From: the human T2T-CHM13v2.0 reference genome, Homo sapiens
Strand: one strand, 5' to 3'
Length of the DNA stretch: 64,000 nt
NCBI RefSeq assembly: GCF_009914755.1
Contig: NC_060932.1
Shown here: piece by piece, positions 13,555 through 26,295 of the stretch
Numbering within the stretch: position 1 is the stretch's first letter
Layout of the letters: every line of letters begins with the position of its first letter
Made by a program: the position numbers and the translations under genes
The notes under the pieces: model-generated
What the model was told of the DNA's origin: nothing
The model's database searches: none
The model's input: the letters and a program-made list of their open reading frames with translations, nothing else

Positions 13555-14605
13555 TTTTTAAAAATATACTTCTTTAAAGAGCAGCTTTAGGTTCATGCAA
13601 AAATAAATAGAATCGATAGAGATTTCCCATGTACTCTCTGCTCCACACAGCCACAGCTTTCTTCACTTTTAGCATCCTGCAGCAGATTAGTTTATTTGTC
13701 ACAATGAATGACCCTACGTTGACACATCAATATCACTCAAAGTCAGTAGTTTCCATTAAAGGTCATTCTTGGTGTTGTATATTCTTCGGGTTTAATGAAA
13801 ATTGAATGGCATATATCCAACATTAAAGTATCATACAAGATAGTTTTTCCTAAGAAATCTGTACCCTGCCTATTCATTCCTACCTCACCCCCTAATCCCT
13901 GGCAAACACTGCTCTTTTTATGGCCTTCATAGTTTTGTCTTTTCCAGAATGTCATATTGTTGAAATCATACAATATGTCACCTTTTCAGATGGGCTACTT
14001 TCACTTAGTAACATGCAGTTAAGTTTCCCCCATATATTTTCATGTGCTGATAGCTTATGTCTTTTTTAGCACTGAATAATGTTTTATTATCTAAATATAT
14101 CGGTTTACATATTCATTCACCTACTCAAGGGCATCCTTGTTATGGCAATTATGAATAAAGCTACTGTAAAAATTGGTGTACAAAGTTGTGTGTGTACGTA
14201 AGTTTTCAACTCATTTGAATAAATACCCAAGAGTGTAATTGCTGGATCATGTAGTAAGATTATGTTTAGTTTTGTAAGAAACTGCCACACTATCTTTCAA
14301 AGTGGCTATATTTTGCATTCCCACCAGCAAAGAATGAGAGTTCTAGTTGACCCACATCCTTACCAGCATTTAGTGTTATGTGTTTTGGATTTTGGATATT
14401 CTAATAGGTGTGTAGAAGTATCTCACTGTTATTCTAATGTGTAATTCCCTAGTTTCCTAATGCCATATGATAAGGAACATCTTTTCATATGCTTATTCCC
14501 AAGTAAATATCTTCTTTGATGAGGTATCTGTTAAGGTTTTTTGTCCATTTTTGAGTTGGGTCATTTGCTTCTTATCTCAGTCTATGGCTTGTCTTCTCAT
14601 GATCA
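13555..14605 (-). mobile_element. L1MC1-like 3' end
   Basis: AGAGCAGCTTTAGGTTCA...TTGACACATCAATATCACTCAAAGTC...TTTTCCAGAATGTCATAT. Confidence 0.85.
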
Positions 14606-15074
14606 TGGTGGATATTTTAGTGTAAGGATTTTACACTTCAATATGTATACTATTAACTGGAATCAAGAAAAATAAAAAAGCCTGGACTTATTTATTATTA
14701 AAATGGCATTTAATCATCAGACATGCTGGCGCTGTTGATCTATTCTTTTTTAAGTGATCTTTGTGATTATGTTAGATAATGTTCCATACATTATGGATCT
14801 ATCATAGAGCAATGTATTCTCACATGGATTCTAGATTTTTGGATTGGAGTTCTGTTCTTTGAAACTAAAAAAAAAAAAAATACAATAAAATCAATCTGCA
14901 CTAAAGAAAATTACAATGAGAGATTTTGTTGGAAACATTTCAAATTTTAGTATGTCAAGAAATACTATGTAGACCCCCCAAAAAACCTGTGAACTCGATT
15001 AATCTCTTTAGCCAGTCAAGTAGATTAACAGCTTCTGTTAAACAAATATTTCCACAATAATATGATGTATACTC

Positions 15075-15560
15075 TAATAAAGGTATATACAAAGTGTGGT
15101 GGTAGCACTGGAAAAGTTACATTAAAAGGGTAATCTTTGAGGTAAGACTGGAAGGATGTATAGGGCCAGTCCTTTGCATCATTGAAGGAAGACAAAGGGA
15201 ACAACACGTGTAAGGGCATGGAGGCCGGAAAGGACAAGCCACGTTTGGGAAAGTATTTATAGTTCAGTGTTTCTAAAACACAAATCTGGTAATGGGGAAT
15301 AGGGAGTGGTAGAAGTGCATAGTTAAGTTGGCAGGGCCAGTTCAGGAAGGCCCTTGAATGCCATGCTTAAGAGTACACTCTTTAAGTGATGAGAAGACAT
15401 AAAAGCATTTTGAGTAGAGGAACGCGTGATCTGATTTGTGTTCTAGAAATCTGGTTGCTGTGTTGAAGACTTGCTGGAAAGAGGGACAACTGGAAACAAT
15501 TTTCTTAGAACAAGGAAATGGGAACCTGAGTTCAGGTAGTTGGATTATTCTTGGAGACTA
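15075..15560 (-). mobile_element. L2 fragment
   Basis: GGGAACAACACGTGTAAGGGCATGGAGG...GAAGGCCCTTGAATGCCATGCTTAAG...GATCTGATTTGTGTT. Confidence 0.75.
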
Positions 15561-15964
15561 GGAGCAGCTCATGTACTTGATATATAAAATAATGTGTTGG
15601 TATGGAAGGATTTAGCTTTGTCTCTACTGATGAATATAAACTATGTTTTATTATTTTTTTCTTGAGAATTAATTCAATGAGTTGTCAGGGTTTCAAATTA
15701 AAAGTTTGTTAAAAGTAAACTTAAAAAATATAGTGCTTTTAATAACATATTTTTAAAGTATGTGTAGACATGCTAGTTCTTTTAAGGAATGACCCTTTTC
15801 TATTACTTGAAAACAACACTTTTCTTTTAGAATAGGAATAAGACAAAGTTCATATGCCAACATGGTTAAAAATTACTATCTATCCATCATCTATCTGTAT
15901 GTATGAATGACCTGGTTAGAAGATTTATATGTATGTCTGAAGCCCAAAACAATTGTTTGCCTTA

Positions 15965-16650
15965 CTCTGTGTTTTCTCACTTGCAAGTGACAAAAGTCAG
16001 TCTGTATTACCTTGAACAAGTAAAAGGGATTACTTGGTTTATATAACCTAAAAGCCCAGGAGTAGAAAAAGTATGTCAATTTGAATACTTTTGTGTATTT
16101 CAAGGAGAAAACACAACCAACTTAAGGTATTACAAGAATCTTATTAGTTTATTACTTCATTTAATTAAAAAATCCATTATTAGGGAGGAACAGATTTTTT
16201 GGGGTTCTGGCTTCCTTTCTGTGTGGTTTTCTCTCTACGCTGCCCATATGTCAGTTTCATCATGAAGTTGAGGCTTATGATGGTGGCCAAATGCCTGAAG
16301 CAAATCCAAGCCTCACACTGATGTGCATTGAATGTCCAAGAGGAAGACAAAACTTTTTCCCACAACCTTTATCCAAATTCCTAAAATCTAATATTTTTAG
16401 ATCAAGTTATGACATTTTTCTAATCCTGAGTCCATCACTGTGAACAAAAAGATGCTATCTATTGATTAATTTAATTATGGGTTAAATATCCATCTGTGAA
16501 CTAGTCATTATGGCTTGTGGAATATGATTAAGCTTGGTGGAATGGGGCAGTCACAACCCATTCTTCAAACTGGGTTTATAGTCAGTTCCACAAAAATGAT
16601 ATGGTTTCCATATAATGGAAGAAAGCTGAAACAGATAATGGGAAAGTGTC
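15965..16650 (-). mobile_element. Old MaLR LTR (MLT1K-like), fragmented
   Basis: TTGCAAGTGACAAAAG... and ...AATCCTGAGTCCATCACTGTG motifs. Confidence 0.5.
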
Positions 16651-17216
16651 TTGCAATGTCCACAGTGCTGCTTCAGGTGTGCTGAACCCAGTTCATTGGA
16701 AATCTATCACTCTGTATCTCAGCTTTCTTTAGTATCTGCTTCCTACAAAGTATTCAAAAGGTGACAAGATGGTTACTAGCTTTTTCGGCTTAAAAATATA
16801 GTTTACTGGCTAAAGATTCTGAGAATAAGAATTCATTTTTCTCAGTAGTTCAGATGACCAGGGTGAATCATTATTAGGCAGAATTAAGTTACACATTTGT
16901 ACTTGAAAGCAATTCTTTTGCCAGAGGTATGAATACTCATATTGATTTTACCCTGGCCCATGTGGCATTCTTGGAGGTAGGGTTTAATGTTAGCTCTATT
17001 CAAATTAAAATGGCTTTGAATGAGGGCCAGGTAGATCTCCAAATAAAAATAGGTGATGCTTATTAATGAAGGGAAATGACTGATAGACAAAACATCAATC
17101 TGTCTAATACAAAACCAAATATTTACTTGTTTCTTGTGAACAAAATCCAAATAATGTATGTTTAACTGAATTAATTAAAGTTTATTTACTACTTGTAACA
17201 AAATAAAATAGTTAAC

Positions 17217-17831
<615 letters not shown>

Positions 17832-20829
17832 ATAATTATTTAAATACAACTAAATAACCTGCATGCTTATGTAAAATCATTTCATTTTATTAACAACAGA
17901 TTATTAAAAACAATAATAATGAATTTAAAATTTTACATTATTGTATTGTACATGCAATTTAATGCCATTGACTTTGAAATAATTTATTGAATGTTCTTTG
18001 AGACCTATAAAGAGGACCAAAAATGTTACAAGCCAGTTAATCTCAGCTTTGGCCTGAGCATTCTTATTCACTTGACTGCAAGAGACATTGAACATTTTCT
18101 TATATTTGAAAATATACTTCAAAATTATTTTCACTTCCATTAAATAATCCAAAACTTATGTAGCATTATACAGCATCATGTAGTGTTAGTGACCATGTCA
18201 GGAACAAGGTTGATGAACTAAGAAAAATAGGCTAATATCTGAGGGGAAAATATATTTTTAAAAGTATTCTTAATTCAAAATGTATTAATATGTTAAATGC
18301 TCCATGAAGTCTGATGAGCAGACCTTCTCAGCATACAATCTTCTCACAAGTCAATTTCCAGTGTAGTTTTGCACTTAACCTTTAATAATGGCACCACTAA
18401 TATATAATGATTATTAAAGTTTTTTTGTCAAATCCTTATAATATTTTTAAGTCAAACACAATAAATATCATTGTTTTAAACATAACTCAAGTTTGACCTA
18501 TTATTGGTCTGATTTAATTATATGAGTCTAATTATAGAAAGTTGGCTTCCTTAAAGCATAAGATACGTTAACAATGGCTACCATGATTCTTATTACTCCT
18601 GGCTTTACATTATATCTAGGCTGAATCAAAGCATTAGCTCCAAATCAGAAGTTAAGGAATCCATCTTTTCCACTGTGATTTTTTCCACCACCGTATTTTG
18701 TAGTGCAGTGATAAGGCACTATATAGTTGAAGTTGCTTAAGTAAGTGCTTTCCCAAGAGATCTCTCTTCTTTACATCAATTTATTTGCCCCTTTATTTGT
18801 AGCCCTCCTGATGACAGAATTCTGCTTAATTCTAGTCACTTAACCATATATATTGAATGCCTCTAAGCAGTATTACTGAAAGGAATTAAATATTTTTCTG
18901 CCCTCAAGAGCTTTTAATCTGTCAGAAAAAAAAGTGTGTGTGTGTTGAATAAAGATATAATAGGTGCAATCAAATATAATTTATTATTTATATTAGTATT
19001 TCATGTTATGTTTTGGGTGAAAATATAAATGAAAGTTATAGAAATTACTAAAATAATACCCAGTAGCAGGTGATTATGAGTAGAAGAGTACAAAAAGATA
19101 ATATTCTAAAAAATTTACTGAAATTACATGTAGCTGAAGTTGTAAACACTGAAATAAATTTCTACATTTGTAAAATTTGCTCTAAGTCATATACAACCAA
19201 TATTTTTGGAACCTATTACAAAGCAAGTGACTGAAAATAAAAATTCCCAAAGAAATTATAATTAGTTTTGAATTTTTTTTAATGGGCTTAATTGAAGGGA
19301 TTGGATTATTGCATAGCAGGGCATTTTCCAAAAGTGGATGTAACCAATTTGCAGTTCCTAATATTCTAAAGGGAGAAATAAAGGTTTAGTAATGTTGCCC
19401 TTTAGTCATTAATGTAATCTTTTAAAATTTAGAGGTATTTGATTTTCTAAGAAATCACTGAGTATTTCAACATTAATATAAAACGTTTGCCTCTGGGTGG
19501 CACTCAACAGTTTTTTATATGACATGATTGGTGATTGGTTTAGAAAATAGATTAAAAATTATAAGAACATTGTGAACATTTTCTCACACAGTTGGCTTTC
19601 AGGGTGTATTCCAAATGAAACTTATTTCAAAAGACTGAGGGAAAAGAAATCACAAAGCCAGAAGGTGTTTAGGAAGGACTTACTGGTAGTTGAGACTTCA
19701 TATTGTATATTTTGTTCTTTTCAGCTCTAACTGAAAAGAACTGAAAGTCACTACTGTGCTAAAAGAGAAAAAAAGCTGGTTTTTGTGGGATGGTGAATTC
19801 CAATAATTTTTTTATTACTTGCTAAATTTGTTTGACAAAGTTCTTGCACGTTTTAACTGTGTTGCAAACAGCAATGCACCTCCATAATTTGTCTGTTTAT
19901 GTATTTTTTTCATGTGCACATGGAAAAATACGAGCAATGTGTTATAGGAATATTTGATATTATACAAAAGTTAAACTTGCCTTTGGTATAGACCTGCAGG
20001 AAGATTCATTTTTTACTTGAGTTCCCAGCACTTTATTCCTAGAGTTTTCAAATCACTTCCCCATAGATTCTTCCTCAAATATATCTTGAGACTAAAATTA
20101 AAAAGACATTTAAAAAAATTTCAACTTTTATTATAGATAGAGGGGTACTTGTGCAAGTTGTTACATTAGTATATTGTGTGATGTTGAAGTTTAGGCTACA
20201 AATGATCCGTCACACAGGTCATGAGCATAGCACCCAATGGGTACATTTTCAACCCTTTCACCCCTTCCCCTTTTCCTGTTTTTGGAGTCCCCATTATATA
20301 TTGTTTCCATCTTTGTGTCATGTGTTCCCAGTGTTTAGCTTCCTCTAATAAGTGAGAACATGTGGTATTTGGTTTACTGTTCTTGCATTAATTTGCTTAA
20401 GTTAATGACCTCCACCTCCACACATGTTACTGTGAAGGACCTGATTCAGTTCTTTTTTATGGCTGCATAGTACTCTATGGGTGGGTATATGTGCTATATA
20501 TATATTTTTAAATCCAATCCACTATGTATGGCTAGCTTGGTTGATTCCATGTCTGCTATTGTGAATAGTGTTCTTATGAACACGTGAGTGCATGTGTCTT
20601 TTCAGTAGAATGATTTGTTTTCCTTTGGGTATATACTCACTAATGTGATTGCTGGGTTGAATAGTAGTCTTGGTTTAAGTTCTTAGAGAAATCTCCCTAC
20701 TACTTTCCATAAAGGCTGAACTAATTTACATTCCCACCAACAATGTATGAGTATTCCCTTTTCTCCAAGCCTCACAAGCATCTATTATTTTTAACTTTTT
20801 CATAATAGCCTTTCTGACTGGTATGAGAT

Positions 20830-21441
20830 TGAGAGAGGAGGCAGTTAGAGGCTGGTTAGGTAGATAGAGAGGGAGGGTCTTTGGAGTAGAAAATTACTTA
20901 CATGACTGCAGCTGCACTGGCCCTGTAGCTAATCGGAAGAAATGTAGTTAAGATCATTCCCTTATGCTAGGGTGTTGCTCAGAAAGGACTGTCCCAACTT
21001 AGGTGCAGGGGCAATAAATCAACCTAAATGTCCTTAACTTGATCCAACTCATTATAATGTTATTAATGTGACATTAGCATTGAGATTTTAGCCCCACCAT
21101 ATGTTTCACTTAGGCACTCATGGGTAGTAACTAAGATGAAGTCACTCTGGCCAACCCCAGGCATGTGCAGATGCAACACCCTTAGGAGAGAACTTTAACC
21201 CTCCCATTTTGGGCAGAACCCAAAGAAGACTTCCATGCTCTTGAACATAAAAGACCCAGAACTCAGCCCTCAGCCCCACTTCTGGCACCTTGCTTTCAGG
21301 TCCCCTCTCTTTGCTGAGAGCTTTCCTTTTGCTTATTAAGGGCTACTCTACTCACTCTCCAGTGTTCATGTGCCTTCTTCTTCTTGGTCATGGGACAAGA
21401 ACTCAGATCTAGCTGAATTAGGGATGAAGCAGGCTGCAACA
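20830..21441 (+). mobile_element. ERV1 solo LTR (LTR27/28-like) inserted in L1
   Basis: TG...CA termini; 4-bp TSD AGAT (20826-20829 and 21442-21445); L1 resumes exactly afterwards. Confidence 0.85.
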
Positions 21442-23112
21442 AGATGGCATCTTGTTGTGATTTTGATTTGCATTTATCTGATAGTTAGTTATATTGAGCG
21501 TTTTTTTCATGTTTGTTGGCCACTTGTATGTCTTCTTTTGAGAAGTGTCTGTTTATGTCTTCAGTCCATTTTTTAATGTGGCTATGTTTTTTTTTTTTCT
21601 CATTCAATTATTTAAGTTCCTTATAGATTCTGGATGTTAGATCTTTGTGAGGGGCATAGTTTGTAAATATTTTCTCCCATTCTGTAGGTTGTCCGTTTAC
21701 TTTGTTGATAGTTTCTTTTGCTGTTCAGAAGCTCTTTAGTTTAATTAGGTCCCAGTTGGCAATTTTTGTTTTTGTTACAATTGCGTTTGAGGTTTAAGTC
21801 ATATTTTTTCCTGAGGTCAATGTCCAGAATGGTATTTTCTAAATTTTCTTCTAGAGTTCTTATAGTTTTAGGTCTTACATTTAAATTTTTAATTCATCTT
21901 GATTTAATTTTTTAGATGGTGAAAGTAGGGGTCTCGTTTCACTCTTCTGCATATTACTAGCCAGTTATCCCGGTACCGTTTATTGAATAGGGAGACATTT
22001 TTCCTTTGCTTATTTTTCTTGACTTCATTAAAGACCAGATGGTTGTAGCTGTGCATTTTTATTTCTAGGTTCTCTATTCTGTTGCCTTGGTCTGTGCATC
22101 TGTTTTTATATTAGTACCATGCTGTTTGGGTTACTGTATTCTTATAGTATAGTTTTAAGTCAGATAATGTAGTGCCTCCAGCTTTGTTCTTTTTGCATAG
22201 AATTGTTTTGGTTATTTAGACTCCTTTTGCTTACACATGAATTTTAGACTTTTTTTCTAAATCTTTGAAAAGTGACATTGGAAGTTTCATAGAAATAGCA
22301 TTGAATCTGTAGATTGTTTTGAGAAATATGGCCATTTTAACAATATTGATTCTTCCAATCCATAAGTATGTTATGTTTTTCCACTTCTTTGTGTCATCTA
22401 TGATTTCTTTTATTGTGTCTTGTAGTCCTCCTTGTAGAGATTTTTCACCTCCTTTGTTAGATGTATTCCTAGATACTTTACTATGTTGTGGCTATTATAC
22501 AAGAATTATGTTCTTGGCTGTTATAAATGGATTATGCTCTCAAGTTGAACATTCTTGATGTATAGAAAGTTTATTGATTTTTATACATTGATTTTGTGTC
22601 CTGAAACTTTACCGAAGTTGTTTAAGAGTTCCAGGAGCCTTTTGACAGTCTTTAGGGATTTCTAGATATAGAAACATATCATCAATGAAAAGATATAATA
22701 TGACTTCTTCTTTTCTTATTTGAATGTCTTATATTTCTTTTTCCTGCGTGATTACTCTTGCTAGCACTTCTAATAGTATGTTGAATAGGAATGAGGAGAG
22801 TGGACATCCTTGTCTTATTCCAAGAGGAATACTTTCAGCTTTTCCCTGTTCATAATGATGTTGGCTGTGGGTTTGTCTTAGATGGCTTGTTATTTTGAGG
22901 TATGTTCCTTCAATGCCTAGTTTGCTGAGGATTTTTATCATAAAGGGATGTTGTATTTTATTGAAAGCTTTTTTGTGTCTATTGAGACAATCTTATGGTT
23001 TTTGTTTTTAGTTCCATTTATATGGTGAACCACATGTATTGATTTCCATAAGTGTAACCAATCTTGCATCCCAGGAATAATGCCTATTTGGTTATGATGA
23101 ATTAAATTCTTG

Positions 23113-23409
<297 letters not shown>

Positions 23410-23515
23410 TTGATGTGTTGCTGGACTCAATTTACTAGTGTTTTCTTGAAAATGTTTGCATCTATATTCATCAGGGATATTGGCCTGTAGTGTTCTTTTA
23501 TTGTTGTGTCTTTGC

Positions 23516-23647
23516 AGAACCCACAGAAGACTTCCATGAAGCTCTTGCAATATAAAAGACCCAGAACTCAGCCCCACTTCTGGAACCTTGCTTTCAGGTT
23601 ACCTCTCTTTGCTGAGGGCTTTACTTTTGCTTAATAAGTGCTACTCT
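23516..23647 (+). repeat. Second copy of an internal LTR segment (matches 21213-21349)
   Basis: About 90% identical by eye to the LTR 2.3 kb upstream; no LTR termini. Confidence 0.9.
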
Positions 23648-23839
23648 CAGTTTTTGCTATCGGAGTGATATTGGTTTCATAGAATAAGTTTGGAAGGAGT
23701 CCTCTACTTTAATTTTTTAAAATAATTTCAGGAGGATTGGTACTACCTCTTCTTTGTAACTTTGGCAGAATGTGGCAATGAAACCCTGTGGTTTCAGGCT
23801 ATTTTTTGGTTGGTCATTTTTTTTTTCTTACTCAGTTTT

Positions 23840-24635
23840 AATACCTACTCCACAGAAACACACTTAAGTACAGAGCCCACAGACCCTATAAACCAAATAC
23901 TCAAAGCAACCAGTTAACAACGTCACAGTGGAATCAAAACCTCACATATCAATACTAACCTTTAATGTAAATGGTCTAAATGCACCACTTAAAAGGCATA
24001 GAGTGAAAAAGCGATGAAAAAACAACATCCATCCACTTGATTTCTTCAAGAGATTCATCTCACATGTAATTACACCCATAGGGTCAAAGTAAAGGGATGG
24101 AAAAAGATCTACCACATGAACAGAAATCAAAAGAGCAGAGATCACTATTCTAATATAAGATAAAACAGACTTTAAGTGAACAACAGTAAAAAAGGACAAA
24201 GAAGGGCATTAGGTAATGATAAATGACTCATTCAACAGGAAGACTTACCTATCCTAAATTTATATATGCACTTAAAATGGAGCACCCAGATGAATAAAAC
24301 AAATGCTTTTAGGCCTACAAAAAGACTTAGGCGACTGCACACAATAATAATTATGAACTTCAACACCCTACTGACAGTATTAGATAGAACATTGAGGTAG
24401 AAAACTTACAAGGATATTCTGGATTAAATTAAACATTTGACCAATTGCACCTAATAGACATCTACAGAACACTCCACCTATCAAGCACAGAATATACATT
24501 CTTCTGTAGAAGAAAATAAATGTAGAAGAAAATAAATAACTAAAATCAGATCCTAATTGAACAAAATTGAGATATACAAATCCATACAAAGGATCAACAC
24601 AACTGAAAGTTGATTTTTTGAAATGAAAAACAAGA
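23840..24635 (+). mobile_element. Inverted 5' segment of the same L1 (ORF2 endonuclease region) with an internal deletion at 24505
   Basis: CCTCACATATCAATACTAACCTTTAATGTAAATGGTCTAAATGC is the ORF2 start region in sense orientation; jumps ahead after CATTCTTCT. Confidence 0.85.
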
Positions 24636-24829
24636 AAAGACTTGTTGCATGTTAGTAATCTAGCTTACCTTAGATGAAATGAAGTAAAAGAGGTGATGTG
24701 GATTATACAAAAAAGATACTTGCATATACATGTTTATAGCAGTACAATTTGCAATTGCAAAAACATAGAACCAACCCAAGTTCCCATCAATCAATGAGTG
24801 GATAAAGAAACTATGATATCAAACTGTGA

Positions 24830-24945
24830 TATCATATATACATCATATATATAATATATATCATATATGATATATATCATGTATTATATCATATATGATA
24901 TATATTATATATCACACATTATATATATATCATATATATTATATA
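24830..24945. repeat. Degenerate (TA)n/(ATATATC)n tract
   Basis: Directly visible in the sequence. Confidence 0.9.
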
Positions 24946-25615
24946 TTTTTGTAGTTTGCCTAGTTGTGATGTTAGGTTGTTGATTTGAGATCTTTCTAAC
25001 TTCTTGATGTAGGCATTTACTGATTTCAACATTCTTCTTAATACTGCTTTTGCTGCATCCCAGAGATTTTGGTATGTTGTGTCTCAATTTTCATTTGCTT
25101 CAAATATTTTTAAAAATTTCTTCCTAATTACTTTGTTTAACCAAAAGATATTTAGAAACAAATCGTCTAATTTCCATGTAGTTGTCTGGTTTCAAGAGAT
25201 CTTGGTATTGATTTCTCTTTTTATTCCAATATGGTGTGAGAGTATGATTGTTTGGATTTCCATGTTTTTCATTTATTGAGACTTTCTTTATGGCCAAGGA
25301 TGTGATCAGTCTTAGAGTATGTCCCATGTACATAGAAGAATGTATATTCTGTGCTTGATAGGTAGAGTGTTCTGTAGATGTCTATTAGGTGCAATTGGTC
25401 AAGTATTTAATTTAATCCAGAATATCTTTGTAAGTTTTCTGCCTCAATGTTCTATCTAATACTGTCAGTGGGGTGTTGAAGTTCATAACTATTATTGTGT
25501 GCAGTCGCCTAAGTCTTTTTGTAGGCCTAAAAGCATTTGTTTTATTCATCTGGGTGCTCCATTTGAGTGCATATATATATTTAGGATAGGTAAGTCTTCC
25601 TGTTGAATGAGTCAT
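24946..25615 (-). repeat. Inverted local copy of L1 ORF2 sequence embedded in the (TA)n tract
   Basis: 25334-25615 is the reverse complement of 24223-24505, with about 10 differences in about 283 bp. Confidence 0.95.
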
Positions 25616-25733
25616 ATATATTATATATTATATATATAAAATATATATAATATATTATATATAATATGTATATAATGACATATATAATACATAAGGTATA
25701 TAATGATATATATCATATATATGATGTATATAT

Positions 25734-25780
<47 letters not shown>
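25616..25780. repeat. (TA)n tract ending in a perfect ~(AT)22
   Basis: Directly visible; perfect run at 25737-25780. Confidence 0.95.
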
Positions 25781-25785
<5 letters not shown>

Positions 25786-26179
25786 AATACTACTTAGCCA
25801 TAAAAATGAATGAATTAACAGCATTCACAGCAACCTGGATGAGACTAGATTATTATTCTAAGCGAAGTAATTCAGGAATGGAAAAACAAACATTGTATGT
25901 TCTTACTTATAAGTGAGATCTAAGCTATGAGGATGCAAAGGTATAAGAATGACAATGGACTTTGGGAATTTAGGGGGAAAGTGGGGAAGGGGGTGACAGA
26001 TAAAAGGCTAAAAATAGGATGCAGTGTATGCTTCTCGGGTGATGGGTGCACCAAAATCTCACAAATCACCACTAAAGAACTTACTCATGTAACCAAACAC
26101 TACCTGTTCCCCAATAACCTATGGAAATGGGAAAAAGAAAAGAAAAAAAAATGGAGCTTCAATCTCTCCCTTCAGGTGT

Positions 26180-26295
26180 GGACTTGGGTAAATCTATAAG
26201 AAGAAATTTTCTCACCAAATGGGGCTAATGATAGTATTACTCCTTGTGAGGAGTAAATAAGTTAATGTAAGTCAAGCAGTTGGCATTCAAAAATG
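26180..26295 (+). mobile_element. MIR fragment
   Basis: GACTTGGGTAAAT...AAATGGGGCTAATGATAGTA...TTGTGAGGAGTAAATAAGTTAATG core. Confidence 0.6.

Larger units (their letters stand above)
24702..26150 (+). mobile_element. 5'-truncated L1PB1-like 3' end, split at its (TA)n tract
   Basis: GATACTTGCA...GTGGATAAAGAAACT, then (TA)n, then GATGGAATACTAC...CCTGTTCCCCAATAACCTATGGAAAT and A-rich tail. Confidence 0.9.
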
